Positions 7,589-16,620 of a stretch of 34,180 nucleotides of DNA are shown here, in pieces. Every line of letters starts with the position of its first letter. Position 1 is the stretch's first letter. Under the pieces are notes generated by a model. The model saw only the letters and a program-made list of their open reading frames with translations. It was not told the DNA's origin and made no database searches. Location of the stretch: sequence record SRR31156797_6279; one strand, written 5' to 3'. The position numbers and the translations under genes were made by a program.

Positions 7589-10261
7589 TTATTTGGTTAT
7601 ATGAGGTTTGGGGACCCGAAGCAATGCCCCGGAGCTGATGCCGCTCTTGTTGATCAATTTCAAAGTCAGCATCATTTCATCTTCAAGGATGTAGCGGGCC
7701 TGATCTGCTCGATGTCGACGGAAGTCATCTTCATAAAGTCTGACCAGATCAACTGTATTGCCCATGGAATTGATGGAGCTGCGCAGTATTCGGTGGTATG
7801 ACTCGATAGAGGGCTGCATATTGAACTGAAAAGTTTTATTTGTAATTATCAGCGGTTCTTCGATGATTGCATAGGGCTCAACTAGGGCTAGCCGGACGCA
7901 CATGTCCCACCCTTGTTCATGGTCATTGGGTGCTCTGAAAATTCCCACATCATTATGCAGTCTGCGCTTGTAAAGCAGTCCCCGCAGGTCGCATATTTCA
8001 CAGAGCATTTCCCTCACTTGCCCCATAGGTTGTATTTCTTTGGCGGTGTTATTTGTATCATGCAGGAAGTGTCCGCATTTTACAGCTGTAACATCGCTTT
8101 TGCCTTCTATTTGATCCAACAAGGCGGCAAGGCAATGTGGCAGAAGTTTGTCGGAAATTTCCGCCCAGAATATGTATTCACCACGGGCAGCGTATAGTCC
8201 GTTGTTGAGCAGATCATGAAATTCGCCTGAACGGTTGACTGTTCTGACTTTTAGCTCGGGGAAATTATTTGCAAGAGCGTTGATCAAGCTTGTTTCAGCT
8301 GTCTGGTTAAGTATAAGCACTTCAACTGATTTTTCCGTTTGCTGGGATAACATAGTTAGAAACATGGGCAGCAGTTTGTGTTCTGTGGCACCATTAAGCG
8401 GGACGAGAATGCTGACCTTAAGGTCATGTCCTTTTTCAGAGTGTGGTATGACGGGTCTGAGGAGGGTTTTATCTTTTGAAATAACCAGTCCTTTGTTCAC
8501 ATGCCTAATCCTGCCATGCCTATTCAGCTTGTGCCATGTTTTGCCTAGTGCATCTGTTGCGCTGGTAGAAAACCCCCCGGTATTACGCAGGGTTTCTGTT
8601 TCAAACATTGCACAGGCTCCGATTTCGTTGAAATGAGGCAAGGAATAGGCTGCCGTCGCGGTTTTATGTTCAAAAATTGAGCCGAGTCGGGAAAATATAA
8701 GTTCGTCAAAGCAGTCATCATTACCGATGTACTCCATTTCCCGGTGGTCACTGATAAGTCTTTTAAGGTTTGGGTAGCTGAGTACTGTGTCTGTTTTAGA
8801 CAAAAATATTTCATGCAGGCTGTAGCAGAAGTTTTCTGTGTATTGGCAATCTGGTGATGCGGTAACTGTAAAAGGTGCTTTTGCCAACTCTAGTCCTTTG
8901 TTTAGCATCTGGTGCAGGGGGAGTTGCTTTGCATCAACATAGCGCAGATAAAGGCGTTCTTTGTATTCAGTTTTTACTTTTCTTTCCACTTCACCACTTT
9001 TATCTGCGTCCAGCAGGATCAGTTCAGTGAGTAAAATTTGGTCCAGCAGGGCATCGATGCAGAGTCTTGTCTCTTCATTCCAATTGAACACCGGCAGCAG
9101 GATACTGGCTTCCATTTCGCTTCTGATATCGGCAATGGAAATGCCTGTTTGTTCATAAAGTTCAGTGGCAGTCTGGGGGCCTTCGAGAACCAGCTCTTTG
9201 TAAAAGCTGAATAATTCCTTTTCGATGGGTAGTCCTTGTCCCATATGATCGGTGACATGCGTTCCCTCTAAGTTGTCATAAAGAGCCATTGGTTCACCGT
9301 TATGGAAGTAGAAAGCCCAGTTCTGTTTTCGCACGCAGGCATAATCGGTAATGCCCGTTACATCGAAACTCACGTTACGTTCGGATATTCCGATCAATTC
9401 CGGAACTGATTTGCCTTCAAATACTGGTTTCAGGCTGATCCCTTGTGCCTTCATCTCTTTTCCCAGTGCAAGGTCGAGCAGGGTTGGCGCGATGTCTATT
9501 GAGCGGATAAGTTCATGCTTTTTAGCCGGGGAAAGTCCTTCGGCAATAAAGGATGCAAAGACGCGGGTTTTATTGTTGGCAAAGCCCCACGGCATACTTT
9601 TGTCATATGCAATGTAGTTTTCGTCCAAAACACAGCCATGGTCGGAAGTCACAACAACGATATCTTCCGCGCCGGGCTTGATTTTGTTCCATAGGGCTTT
9701 AAAATCTTTGGCTTGTCGGGCCACTACTTTGAGGTATTCGTCGGTGGTCCAGCTTGTTTTCTGGTTACCGCCGAAATCGTGAATATAATCTAAGTGAAAA
9801 TTGACGAAAAATGGTTTTTTGCTTTGGCGGACTCGCGCTATGAAGGCATCGCGTCGGTCATTATCGTAGTTCCGGTGCGGAGTGTGCTCAAGGGTCGGAT
9901 AGCCGGATTCAAATACATCAAATCCTCGTTTGGGTTGGCAGGAGTCAAGACTGCTGTCATCCCAGCGGAAGGTCTGGTAACCGTAATGCTTAAAATGCTC
10001 GGTGACGGTCAGGACATCATCTTTGAAATTGCGGATTGTCTGCACTCCGTGATGGATCATTCCTGTCAATCCGGGGCGCAGGGATGAAAAATACGAAGGG
10101 GCTGAGATTCTGGTGGAACCGCCGCTGGTCATAACATCTGTAAACAGGACTCCCTGTTCAATTACTTCATCAATTTCATTATATACGGCTGTTTCGGAAA
10201 GACATGATGCCAGCATGTCTGACCGGAGGGTGTCGATAACTATCCAGATAATATTTTTCAT
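7589..10261 (-). CDS. Alkaline-phosphatase/sulfatase-fold domain fused to two GT2-like (GT-A) domains
   Basis: N-terminal IVIDTLRSD, HLDYIHD, VTSDHG, SIDIAPTLLDL; GT2-like starts SILLPVFN and KVSILVPL with LNKGL..AKAPF and LNNGL.AARGEYI. Confidence 0.8.
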   Translation of the reverse strand: MKNIIWIVIDTLRSDMLASCLSETAVYNEIDEVIEQGVLFTDVMTSGGSTRISAPSYFSSLRPGLTGMIHHGVQTIRNFKDDVLTVTEHFKHYGYQTFRWDDSSLDSCQPKRGFDVFESGYPTLEHTPHRNYDNDRRDAFIARVRQSKKPFFVNFHLDYIHDFGGNQKTSWTTDEYLKVVARQAKDFKALWNKIKPGAEDIVVVTSDHGCVLDENYIAYDKSMPWGFANNKTRVFASFIAEGLSPAKKHELIRSIDIAPTLLDLALGKEMKAQGISLKPVFEGKSVPELIGISERNVSFDVTGITDYACVRKQNWAFYFHNGEPMALYDNLEGTHVTDHMGQGLPIEKELFSFYKELVLEGPQTATELYEQTGISIADIRSEMEASILLPVFNWNEETRLCIDALLDQILLTELILLDADKSGEVERKVKTEYKERLYLRYVDAKQLPLHQMLNKGLELAKAPFTVTASPDCQYTENFCYSLHEIFLSKTDTVLSYPNLKRLISDHREMEYIGNDDCFDELIFSRLGSIFEHKTATAAYSLPHFNEIGACAMFETETLRNTGGFSTSATDALGKTWHKLNRHGRIRHVNKGLVISKDKTLLRPVIPHSEKGHDLKVSILVPLNGATEHKLLPMFLTMLSQQTEKSVEVLILNQTAETSLINALANNFPELKVRTVNRSGEFHDLLNNGLYAARGEYIFWAEISDKLLPHCLAALLDQIEGKSDVTAVKCGHFLHDTNNTAKEIQPMGQVREMLCEICDLRGLLYKRRLHNDVGIFRAPNDHEQGWDMCVRLALVEPYAIIEEPLIITNKTFQFNMQPSIESYHRILRSSINSMGNTVDLVRLYEDDFRRHRADQARYILEDEMMLTLKLINKSGISSGALLRVPKPHITK

Positions 10262-10283
10262 TTGAAGTGCCCTCGTTCAGAAG

Positions 10284-10997
10284 CTAGAAAGTCAGCAAGG
10301 CATTAAAACGATAAGGGGACATCGGGTAGCTCTCTAGGTTCTGATCAAAGGTCTGGACCTTCATTCCATGTTTTCGACCGTATTCATGGAACCATGCTTT
10401 AGGATAGTAAAGATGACGGTAGGGGCTGTCTTCTGCTGTCGGGTATTCCTCTCCAGTATAGATCACATTACGTCTGTAGTCTTCGCAGAGGTTCCTTTTT
10501 TCGAGGTCGGGAACATCAAGGATGAATATCTTTCCGTTGTCAGTGAGAACTCGCAGTATTTCATCCATGGCCTTTCTAGCATAGTCAAGGTCACGAAAGT
10601 AAAAGAAAACGCCGTGGGAAAAGACAGCTTCGAACATATTGTCCTCAAAACCGAGGTCTGAGGCTTCACAAGCTTTTCCTTTCAATTCAGGGATAGCGGA
10701 CATAGCCTTTTGAATCAGGGTTTTAGAATAATCAGCGCCGTAAAGTTCCGGGCCGGAATCGCGGAATGTGTAAAGCATTGCTCCGGCTCCGCAGCCTACT
10801 TCCAGAATTCTGGAAGCTTTATCTGTTTCCAATTTGGCTTTAATGTCCGCTGAAGTTTTCATCCAGTCTTCCACGGATATTGCCCCGGTTCCGGTGTCAA
10901 AACCGTCAGCCTTCATAAGGTCTTCAAGGGAATCTCCGCTTTCGGTGCCTTTGCGGGTCCAGACCTCGTGCCAATTGTTTTCAGTAGATATATCCAT
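10284..10997 (-). CDS. Class I SAM-dependent methyltransferase
   Basis: ILEVGCGAG, GADYS, FEAVFSHGVFFYF, ILRVL..NGKIFILD. Confidence 0.92.
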   Translation of the reverse strand: MDISTENNWHEVWTRKGTESGDSLEDLMKADGFDTGTGAISVEDWMKTSADIKAKLETDKASRILEVGCGAGAMLYTFRDSGPELYGADYSKTLIQKAMSAIPELKGKACEASDLGFEDNMFEAVFSHGVFFYFRDLDYARKAMDEILRVLTDNGKIFILDVPDLEKRNLCEDYRRNVIYTGEEYPTAEDSPYRHLYYPKAWFHEYGRKHGMKVQTFDQNLESYPMSPYRFNALLTF

Positions 10998-11010
10998 TTT
11001 AATTTCGTCC

Positions 11011-12840
11011 TTATGCTGTCTGGGATGAGATCATATTCTCAGCAAATGTTGTGGTCAGGGCATCAACCAGCATGCGGTTTTCTTCGGGAGTTTTGACTGC
11101 AAGTCGCAGGTAGCGTCCTTCAGGCAGTCCTTGCTTTTTGCCGAGGTCCTTGACCAGCATCTTGTAATTCATGAACAGTTGTTCTTGAATGTAGTCGGAA
11201 GAAACGCCTTCGGGAAGTTCGCAGCAGAAGTAGTTTGCGAATGAAGGAATAACTTTCAGGCCCGGAATCTTATTCAGCATTTCCCCCATTTCATCACGGG
11301 CTTCAATTACTCTGGCGCGGGCAACTGCGTAGTAGTTGCGATATTTGGGCAGGATATCGAGAAAATATTGGGCAACGGAGTTGATATGCCAGATGGGCAG
11401 TGCCGTGCGTACTTTGCTGATAAGTTTGCGGTCAGCACTTGCAATATAACCAAGCCTGATTCCCGGAACACCGAGGTCTTTACTCAAACTGCGCAGGATG
11501 ATCACATTGGGGTATTTATCCAGCTCATCAAGAAGGGTTGTGTCCCGTCCGGTGCCGATGAAGTCGGCAAACGATTCGTCAAGGATGATCATATCCAGAT
11601 GGCGCAGTTCTTCAAACATATAACGAAGTTCAGCTGGTTTGAATCTTGTCCCGGTAGGGTTACCGGGGTTGACGATGACCAGCGCGTTGGATTCGCTTGT
11701 TTTTACTTCTTTGATAATTGTTGCCGGAGTCTGGGTCAGGCTTTGCGGACAAGGAGGAATGGCGTGAATCTGTTCTGGTTTAAGATTGCGTGCATATTCA
11801 TCAAATGAAGGTTGGAGCAGGGTTACCTTGTTAATTTTTTGACGCAAAAGCTCAATCAATTCAGAACCGCCGTTTGCCACAGCAAGCATGGACTCATCAA
11901 TTTTGGCCCAGTTCGCAAGGCTGTGATTGATTTCCTGCTGGCCTGAAGGGTAGTTGCCTAGCAGATCGGTCAGGTTCAGGCGCAGTTCGTTATACAGGTT
12001 CTGGTTAGGGAAATATGGATTGTAGAGATATTCAAAATCAGTAAAGTCATAGCGCCAGTATCCGCCATATTTTTTGCGCACCTTCTCAAGCAGTGCGCGG
12101 TCATCGGTTACATAAGCCTCGGCTCGTTGCAGGTCAGTGAAATCATCAATTTCAAACCAGCGGTGTGATGCGCATATCTTGGCCTTGAGTTCTTTGCTAC
12201 CCATAAAAATAATCACACCCAGAACCAGTTCATAATACTCATTCTGACCGTTCATTTTTACATACAGATCTATGGTGGGGCGGAAAATATTTTGCAGGAA
12301 ATCTTCAGTAAAAGTGTATATGTTTACCGTCTTATATTTATCGGTAAAGTTGAAATTTTCATCCTGATCTTTACCGGGTATCAACCGGGTAATATTTTGG
12401 TGGTCAGGAGATAGTTCCACTACTGTTCCGTCCATATGGGGCTGGAAATGGTCGACCATAACAGCATTGGCAAAAGACTCTTCCAGCAGTTCTTCAATTA
12501 ATCCCGGCTCAAAGAAAATATCACATTCCAGAAGGACGGTATTTCTGTCCCACAGTTCACGAGTCAGCCACAGGGAGTGGATATTGTTGGTCTTGTCCCA
12601 GTCCGGGTTGCGCACGTAAACAATTTCAATGCCGTTATAGCTGTCACCCAGCCTTTCATGCAGCTGCTCAGACTTATATCCTTCCACGATGATGAATCGT
12701 TCAACCGGATGTTTTGAGAGTATATCCAAAGCATTAACAATCAGCGGACATCCATTGACTTCGACCAGTGGCTTGGGGACATCATCCGTGATGGGACTCA
12801 GTCTTTGCCCTCTTCCTGCTGCTAGAATGATAACCTGCAT
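11011..12840 (-). CDS. LicC-like nucleotidyltransferase (cytidylyltransferase) fused to a class I/II PLP enzyme (HisC/CobD-like)
   Basis: IILAAGRGQRL..PKPLV, TNNIHSL, WFEIDD..DL; C-terminal NGGSE, VNPGNPTG, LDESFADF, RSLSKDLGVPGIRLGY (PLP Lys); RBS GGAGG. Confidence 0.88.
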   Translation of the reverse strand: MQVIILAAGRGQRLSPITDDVPKPLVEVNGCPLIVNALDILSKHPVERFIIVEGYKSEQLHERLGDSYNGIEIVYVRNPDWDKTNNIHSLWLTRELWDRNTVLLECDIFFEPGLIEELLEESFANAVMVDHFQPHMDGTVVELSPDHQNITRLIPGKDQDENFNFTDKYKTVNIYTFTEDFLQNIFRPTIDLYVKMNGQNEYYELVLGVIIFMGSKELKAKICASHRWFEIDDFTDLQRAEAYVTDDRALLEKVRKKYGGYWRYDFTDFEYLYNPYFPNQNLYNELRLNLTDLLGNYPSGQQEINHSLANWAKIDESMLAVANGGSELIELLRQKINKVTLLQPSFDEYARNLKPEQIHAIPPCPQSLTQTPATIIKEVKTSESNALVIVNPGNPTGTRFKPAELRYMFEELRHLDMIILDESFADFIGTGRDTTLLDELDKYPNVIILRSLSKDLGVPGIRLGYIASADRKLISKVRTALPIWHINSVAQYFLDILPKYRNYYAVARARVIEARDEMGEMLNKIPGLKVIPSFANYFCCELPEGVSSDYIQEQLFMNYKMLVKDLGKKQGLPEGRYLRLAVKTPEENRMLVDALTTTFAENMISSQTA

Positions 12841-12882
12841 AGCTGCCTCCGTGTCAAATAAGTGGTTTCAATGGGCATTAAT

Positions 12883-12900
12883 AAGCAATGTTTGTTCCAA
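12883..12900 (-). promoter_or_regulatory. sigma54 (-24/-12) promoter of the cytidylyltransferase operon
   Basis: Minus strand TTGGAAC-AAACA-TTGCTT has exact GG-N10-GC spacing, about 43 nt upstream of the ATG, with AT-rich DNA further upstream. Confidence 0.65.
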
Positions 12901-13079
12901 AATAAAGTTCTATTAAATTTTGTTAAAACATTGTCTGTTTGATGGGGGCACAATGAACAATCGTTGGATGGTATGAATGATGGATTTATATTGAATGATC
13001 TCATGTTGTTGTGATAATGAATTTATATGATTGTTATAGTTGTTCATTTTCAAGAATGTTTGAATTTAAGGAGTTGCGT

Positions 13080-13538
13080 GTGGACGGGCTTCCACTCTGG
13101 TTGATTTGGCTGGGTGCCGGACTTGTTCTGGCCTTGTTGGAACTGGCTGTTCCGGGGATGATTTTAATTTTTTTCAGCCTTGGCTGTCTGCTTTCTGCTT
13201 TAGCTGCATATTTTTTCAGCGATGCTCTGGTTTTGCAAGTTGCGGTTTTTTGTATCTCCTCAGCAGGTTCACTGTTGATTCTGCGCCGGACATTTATGGA
13301 CTGGTTTCAGGGACAAGTGTCAGATGTTGTTGATGACGGTTATGAAAATTCTCCGGAAGGTGCCTTGGCTGAGGTTAGCAAGGATTTCGGTTCCGACGGT
13401 TATGGTCAGATTAAGTATCGGGGGTCGTTCTGGAAGGCTGTTTCCCAGTCAGATCATAGTTTCGTGGTTGGCGAGAAAGTACGGATTGTTTCGTGGACTG
13501 ATAAAAGCAAGACTTCTTTCTTTGTAAAAAAACTTTGA
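13080..13538 (+). CDS. NfeD-family membrane protein (short form)
   Basis: WL..GLVLALLEL..PG hydrophobic N-terminus, C-terminal OB-fold GQIKYRGSFWKA; GTG start after AAGGAG; next to an SPFH gene. Confidence 0.88.
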   Translation: MDGLPLWLIWLGAGLVLALLELAVPGMILIFFSLGCLLSALAAYFFSDALVLQVAVFCISSAGSLLILRRTFMDWFQGQVSDVVDDGYENSPEGALAEVSKDFGSDGYGQIKYRGSFWKAVSQSDHSFVVGEKVRIVSWTDKSKTSFFVKKL

Positions 13539-13554
13539 CAGGAGAGGTGGCGAT

Positions 13555-14541
13555 ATGACGCCCGCATTGGTTGCAGTCATTTTTATAGCGCTGGTGTTAG
13601 TTGTAATAATTATAAAATCCATTCGAATTGTTCCGCAGAAAACAGAAGCAATTGTGGAAAGACTCGGTAAGTACCGGGTGACCCTCGGAGCAGGGTTCCA
13701 TTTTCTTTTTCCGTTTATAGATCGGGTGGCTTATGAATTTTCACTCAAGGAAGAGGCCCTTGATACCCTGCCCCAGACCTGTATCACCAGTGACAACGTC
13801 AGCGTAGTCGTAGATGGCCTTATCTTTATAGAAGTGCAGGATTCTAAGGCTGCGGCCTACGGTATCGACAATTATCGGTACGCGGCATCGCAGCTAGCCC
13901 AGACAGCTCTGCGCTCCTGTGTAGGTAAGCTTGCCTTGGATAAGACCTTCGAGGAGCGTGATTCCATAAACGCGCAGGTGGTGGAAGCCATTGATGCAGC
14001 CGCTTCTTCATGGGGGATCAAGGTCTTGCGCTACGAAATTAAGGACATCACCCCGCCGGAAAGTGTGAAAGCAGCCATGGAAACTCAGATGATTGCCGAG
14101 CGTCAGAAGCGTGCGGATATTGCCCGCAGTGAAGGTGAAAAGCAGGCCACTATTAACAAAGCTGAAGCTGCCAAGCTTGATGAAGTTCTCAAGAGTGAGG
14201 GTGAACGTGAACGGCTTATGAACGAGGCTACTGGTCAGGCTGAAGCCATCACAACTGTTGCAGATGCCACAGCCAAGGCTTTGCAGACCGTCGGTGCAAC
14301 ATTGAATACATCAGGCGGCGCAGATGCTGCGTCGCTCAGGGTGGCTGAACGTTACGTGGAAGCTTTCGAAGGTCTGGCCCGTAGATCTACCACGCTTATC
14401 CTGCCGGCTGAAGTCGGGGATGTTGCTTCCATGGTAGGCACTGCCATGAGTGTTTACGGTAAGGTGAAAGGCAAAGACAATAGTAAAAAGTCTGTCCAGA
14501 AACCTGAAGGTCAGGGAGAATTCGGTTTTACTTTGGAATAA
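13555..14541 (+). CDS. SPFH/stomatin-like protein (paraslipin, QmcA-like)
   Basis: IVERLGKY, FPFIDRV, QTCITSDNV, LAQTALRS, WGIKVLRYEIKDITPP, AERQKRA. Confidence 0.95.
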   Translation: MTPALVAVIFIALVLVVIIIKSIRIVPQKTEAIVERLGKYRVTLGAGFHFLFPFIDRVAYEFSLKEEALDTLPQTCITSDNVSVVVDGLIFIEVQDSKAAAYGIDNYRYAASQLAQTALRSCVGKLALDKTFEERDSINAQVVEAIDAAASSWGIKVLRYEIKDITPPESVKAAMETQMIAERQKRADIARSEGEKQATINKAEAAKLDEVLKSEGERERLMNEATGQAEAITTVADATAKALQTVGATLNTSGGADAASLRVAERYVEAFEGLARRSTTLILPAEVGDVASMVGTAMSVYGKVKGKDNSKKSVQKPEGQGEFGFTLE

Positions 14542-14579
14542 ATAATTATGCCGTAGGGCGGAGAATTAGTGCATATAAT

Positions 14580-14606
14580 AAAACCCGGCTATGATGGCCG
14601 GGTTTT
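14580..14606. terminator. Bidirectional intrinsic terminator
   Basis: AAAACCCGGC-N7-GCCGGGTTTT between convergent genes. Confidence 0.8.
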
Positions 14607-14632
14607 ACGTTTCAGGCGCACGGACTGCCCTT

Positions 14633-14842
14633 TTAGGCTATAGTGTTAGCTATTGTCCCAACGCCGGAGTACGCAGCACTGAGAACGCTTTTTTGGAAAT
14701 CATAATCGCTACTGGTTGAAGAACTGAACTGGTCGGAGTTCATGTAATCAAGGGTCTTGGTTACAACTTGAGCTCCGAATAGTTGCTTGTCACTTACCGC
14801 AGGTGCGGTATCCATGGTTGAGCTGATTCCTGTTACGTCCAT
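14633..14842 (-). CDS. Small hypothetical protein (69 aa), possibly motility-associated
   Basis: ATG at 14842 preceded by GGAGG; has its own promoter and terminator; sequence MDVTGISS..AQVVTKTLDYMN..GVGTIANTIA. Confidence 0.75.
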   Translation of the reverse strand: MDVTGISSTMDTAPAVSDKQLFGAQVVTKTLDYMNSDQFSSSTSSDYDFQKSVLSAAYSGVGTIANTIA

Positions 14843-14884
14843 AAAACCCCTCCCGAAAAAGGGCAATATACGCGCCTATCTGTC

Positions 14885-14911
14885 AAATCGGTAGATATCT
14901 AAAAAACTTTA
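14885..14911 (-). promoter_or_regulatory. sigma28 (FliA)-type promoter
   Basis: Minus strand TAAAGTTT-N11-ACCGATTT versus consensus TAAAGTTT-N11-GCCGATAA. Confidence 0.7.
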
Positions 14912-14973
14912 GAGTAAAAATAAGAAAAAATGAGTTTTATAAGTCAAGTCTTGGTAATTCTTAATTAAAGAAT

Positions 14974-15012
14974 AAAAATCCCCGATGTCATCATGGACAT
15001 CGGGGATTTTAT
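14974..15012 (-). terminator. Terminator of cvpA-mazG
   Basis: AAAATCCCCGATGTC-N6-GACATCGGGGATTTT, with a T tract on the minus strand. Confidence 0.85.
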
Positions 15013-15031
15013 TCTCTTATTTGGGTGCAGT

Positions 15032-15799
15032 CTATTTTTTGACCTGCTCCCAGAGTTCGTTTTGTTCAATGAGGTTCATTTCAGAGATGTCTTTGCCTTG
15101 TTCTTTGGCAAGATCTTCCATTTTGGCGAAACGCTCAAGGAATTTGTTGTTGGTGATGTCCAAGGCGGTGTTGGCTTTAATGCCTTTGCGGCGTCCCAGT
15201 TCAATCAGGGTGAAAAGGTAATCGCCGAATTCCTCGGCAATGGCATCTTTGTCGCCGGATTCAAGGGCGCTGTTCCATTCTTTCCACTCATTGTCGAGCT
15301 GACCGAGGCACTGTTCGTCAGATTCAAAGGTGAATCCACTGCGGGCTGCTTTTGAGTTGATACGGTATGCCTTGAGCATGGGTGGCAGTCCCTTGGGCAG
15401 GGAGTCAAAAATCTTTTTATCGCCTTTTTTCTCGCTACGTTTGATTTTTTCCCAGTTGCGGAGCAGTTCTTCCTGATCTTCAATTTTGCAGTCCGCAAAT
15501 ACGTGAGGGTGACGGCGGATCATTTTAGCGGCACCGGAATCAACGGCATCGGCAAAGGTGAAAGCTCCGTCCTCTTCGTAGCGCTGGGCAATGAACAGCA
15601 GCAGGAACATAACGTCGCCTAGTTCTTCCATCGCTTCCTGTTTGTCGTCAGCGCGGATCGCTTCGACCAGTTCGAAAGCTTCTTCAATTATGGAATCACA
15701 AAGGGTTTTAGGGGTTTGTTCTTTGTCCCAAGGGCAGCCGTCCGGTGCGGTCAGACTGGAAATTACATTTTTGAGTTTTTCTATGGATTTTGCGCTCAT
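15032..15799 (-). CDS. mazG: Nucleoside triphosphate pyrophosphohydrolase MazG
   Basis: GCPWDKEQT, EEAFEL, EELGDV, KMIRRHPHVF, WEKIK, EEFGDYLF. Confidence 0.96.
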   Translation of the reverse strand: MSAKSIEKLKNVISSLTAPDGCPWDKEQTPKTLCDSIIEEAFELVEAIRADDKQEAMEELGDVMFLLLFIAQRYEEDGAFTFADAVDSGAAKMIRRHPHVFADCKIEDQEELLRNWEKIKRSEKKGDKKIFDSLPKGLPPMLKAYRINSKAARSGFTFESDEQCLGQLDNEWKEWNSALESGDKDAIAEEFGDYLFTLIELGRRKGIKANTALDITNNKFLERFAKMEDLAKEQGKDISEMNLIEQNELWEQVKK

Positions 15800-15800
15800 C

Positions 15801-16361
15801 TTAAATAGTATCGCTTATAGGGTTAGTGAGTTCTGAGTGGTCGGGAAACATTGATTTGATGTCTAGTGAATCAAGTACGTTGTCCGGAGCAAAACTGATA
15901 AAGAAGCTCGCCGTGGACATCACTTTGGGGGCCAGCTTGGACTTAGTCAGGAATTCGGAATTAGGGGTAAAGCTGTTTAACACGACAATAATTATGCCGC
16001 CGACAATAATTGCTTCGACAAATCCCAAAATTCCGCCAAGAACCTGATCTGCCCAGCTGAGCATGCTCACGGTCAGTATCTTTTTAATGGCAACCCCGAT
16101 GAGAAAGGCTACAAAAAGGGTAGCCACGATGATGGAAAGATAGCTGAAAGCCTTTACTGTTCCGGGGCCGTCAAAAAATGTCTGAAAATACGGGGCAAGT
16201 TCTTGATGGTATTTGGCGGCCAGATAAAAGCCGAAAATTAAAGAAAAAACGGAAATAGCCTCTCTGACTATTCCGCGTAACAAGCCTCTGAAAATCAGGG
16301 CTCCGGCAATTACAATTAAAATGATATCCAGCGCATTAAGTGCTAAGCCTGCTGTTTGCAT
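15801..16361 (-). CDS. cvpA: CvpA-family membrane protein
   Basis: NALDII..GLLRGIVRE, WADQVLGGILG, SKLAP; four TM segments. Confidence 0.88.
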   Translation of the reverse strand: MQTAGLALNALDIILIVIAGALIFRGLLRGIVREAISVFSLIFGFYLAAKYHQELAPYFQTFFDGPGTVKAFSYLSIIVATLFVAFLIGVAIKKILTVSMLSWADQVLGGILGFVEAIIVGGIIIVVLNSFTPNSEFLTKSKLAPKVMSTASFFISFAPDNVLDSLDIKSMFPDHSELTNPISDTI

Positions 16362-16620
16362 ACTGAAATCCGTTCATGATTGTGTTTGTGAAAAAATGCG
16401 CGAACTCCGCGTGAAGCCTTATCAATAAAAGATATAAAAGAAGCCTAGCAGACCGCAGAGGAAAAGTGAATATCATGAACCTCCTTGAAAATAATAAAAA
16501 ATGTGACAAAGAAGTGAAAAATGAGGTTGTGTCATTTCGTGATCTCAGGTAATTCTCGATTAATTTTGAGGGAATGTTTTTTAGTGTCAGAATCTTGTTG
16601 TTCATGCTTGGAGGATATGC

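Noticed and set aside
11011-12840. Cobalamin cobD, hisC, or a phosphonate PntC-AEP transaminase
   Set aside because: No cob, his or PEP mutase context; the PLP domain is class I/II, whereas AEP transaminase is class V
1170-13070. Integrated genomic island with att sites
   Set aside because: No integrase, transposase or second copy of the tRNA 3' end was found by eye
13011-13079. N-terminal extension of NfeD in the ORF track
   Set aside because: The AAGGAG RBS points to GTG at 13080; the upstream part is AT-rich promoter DNA
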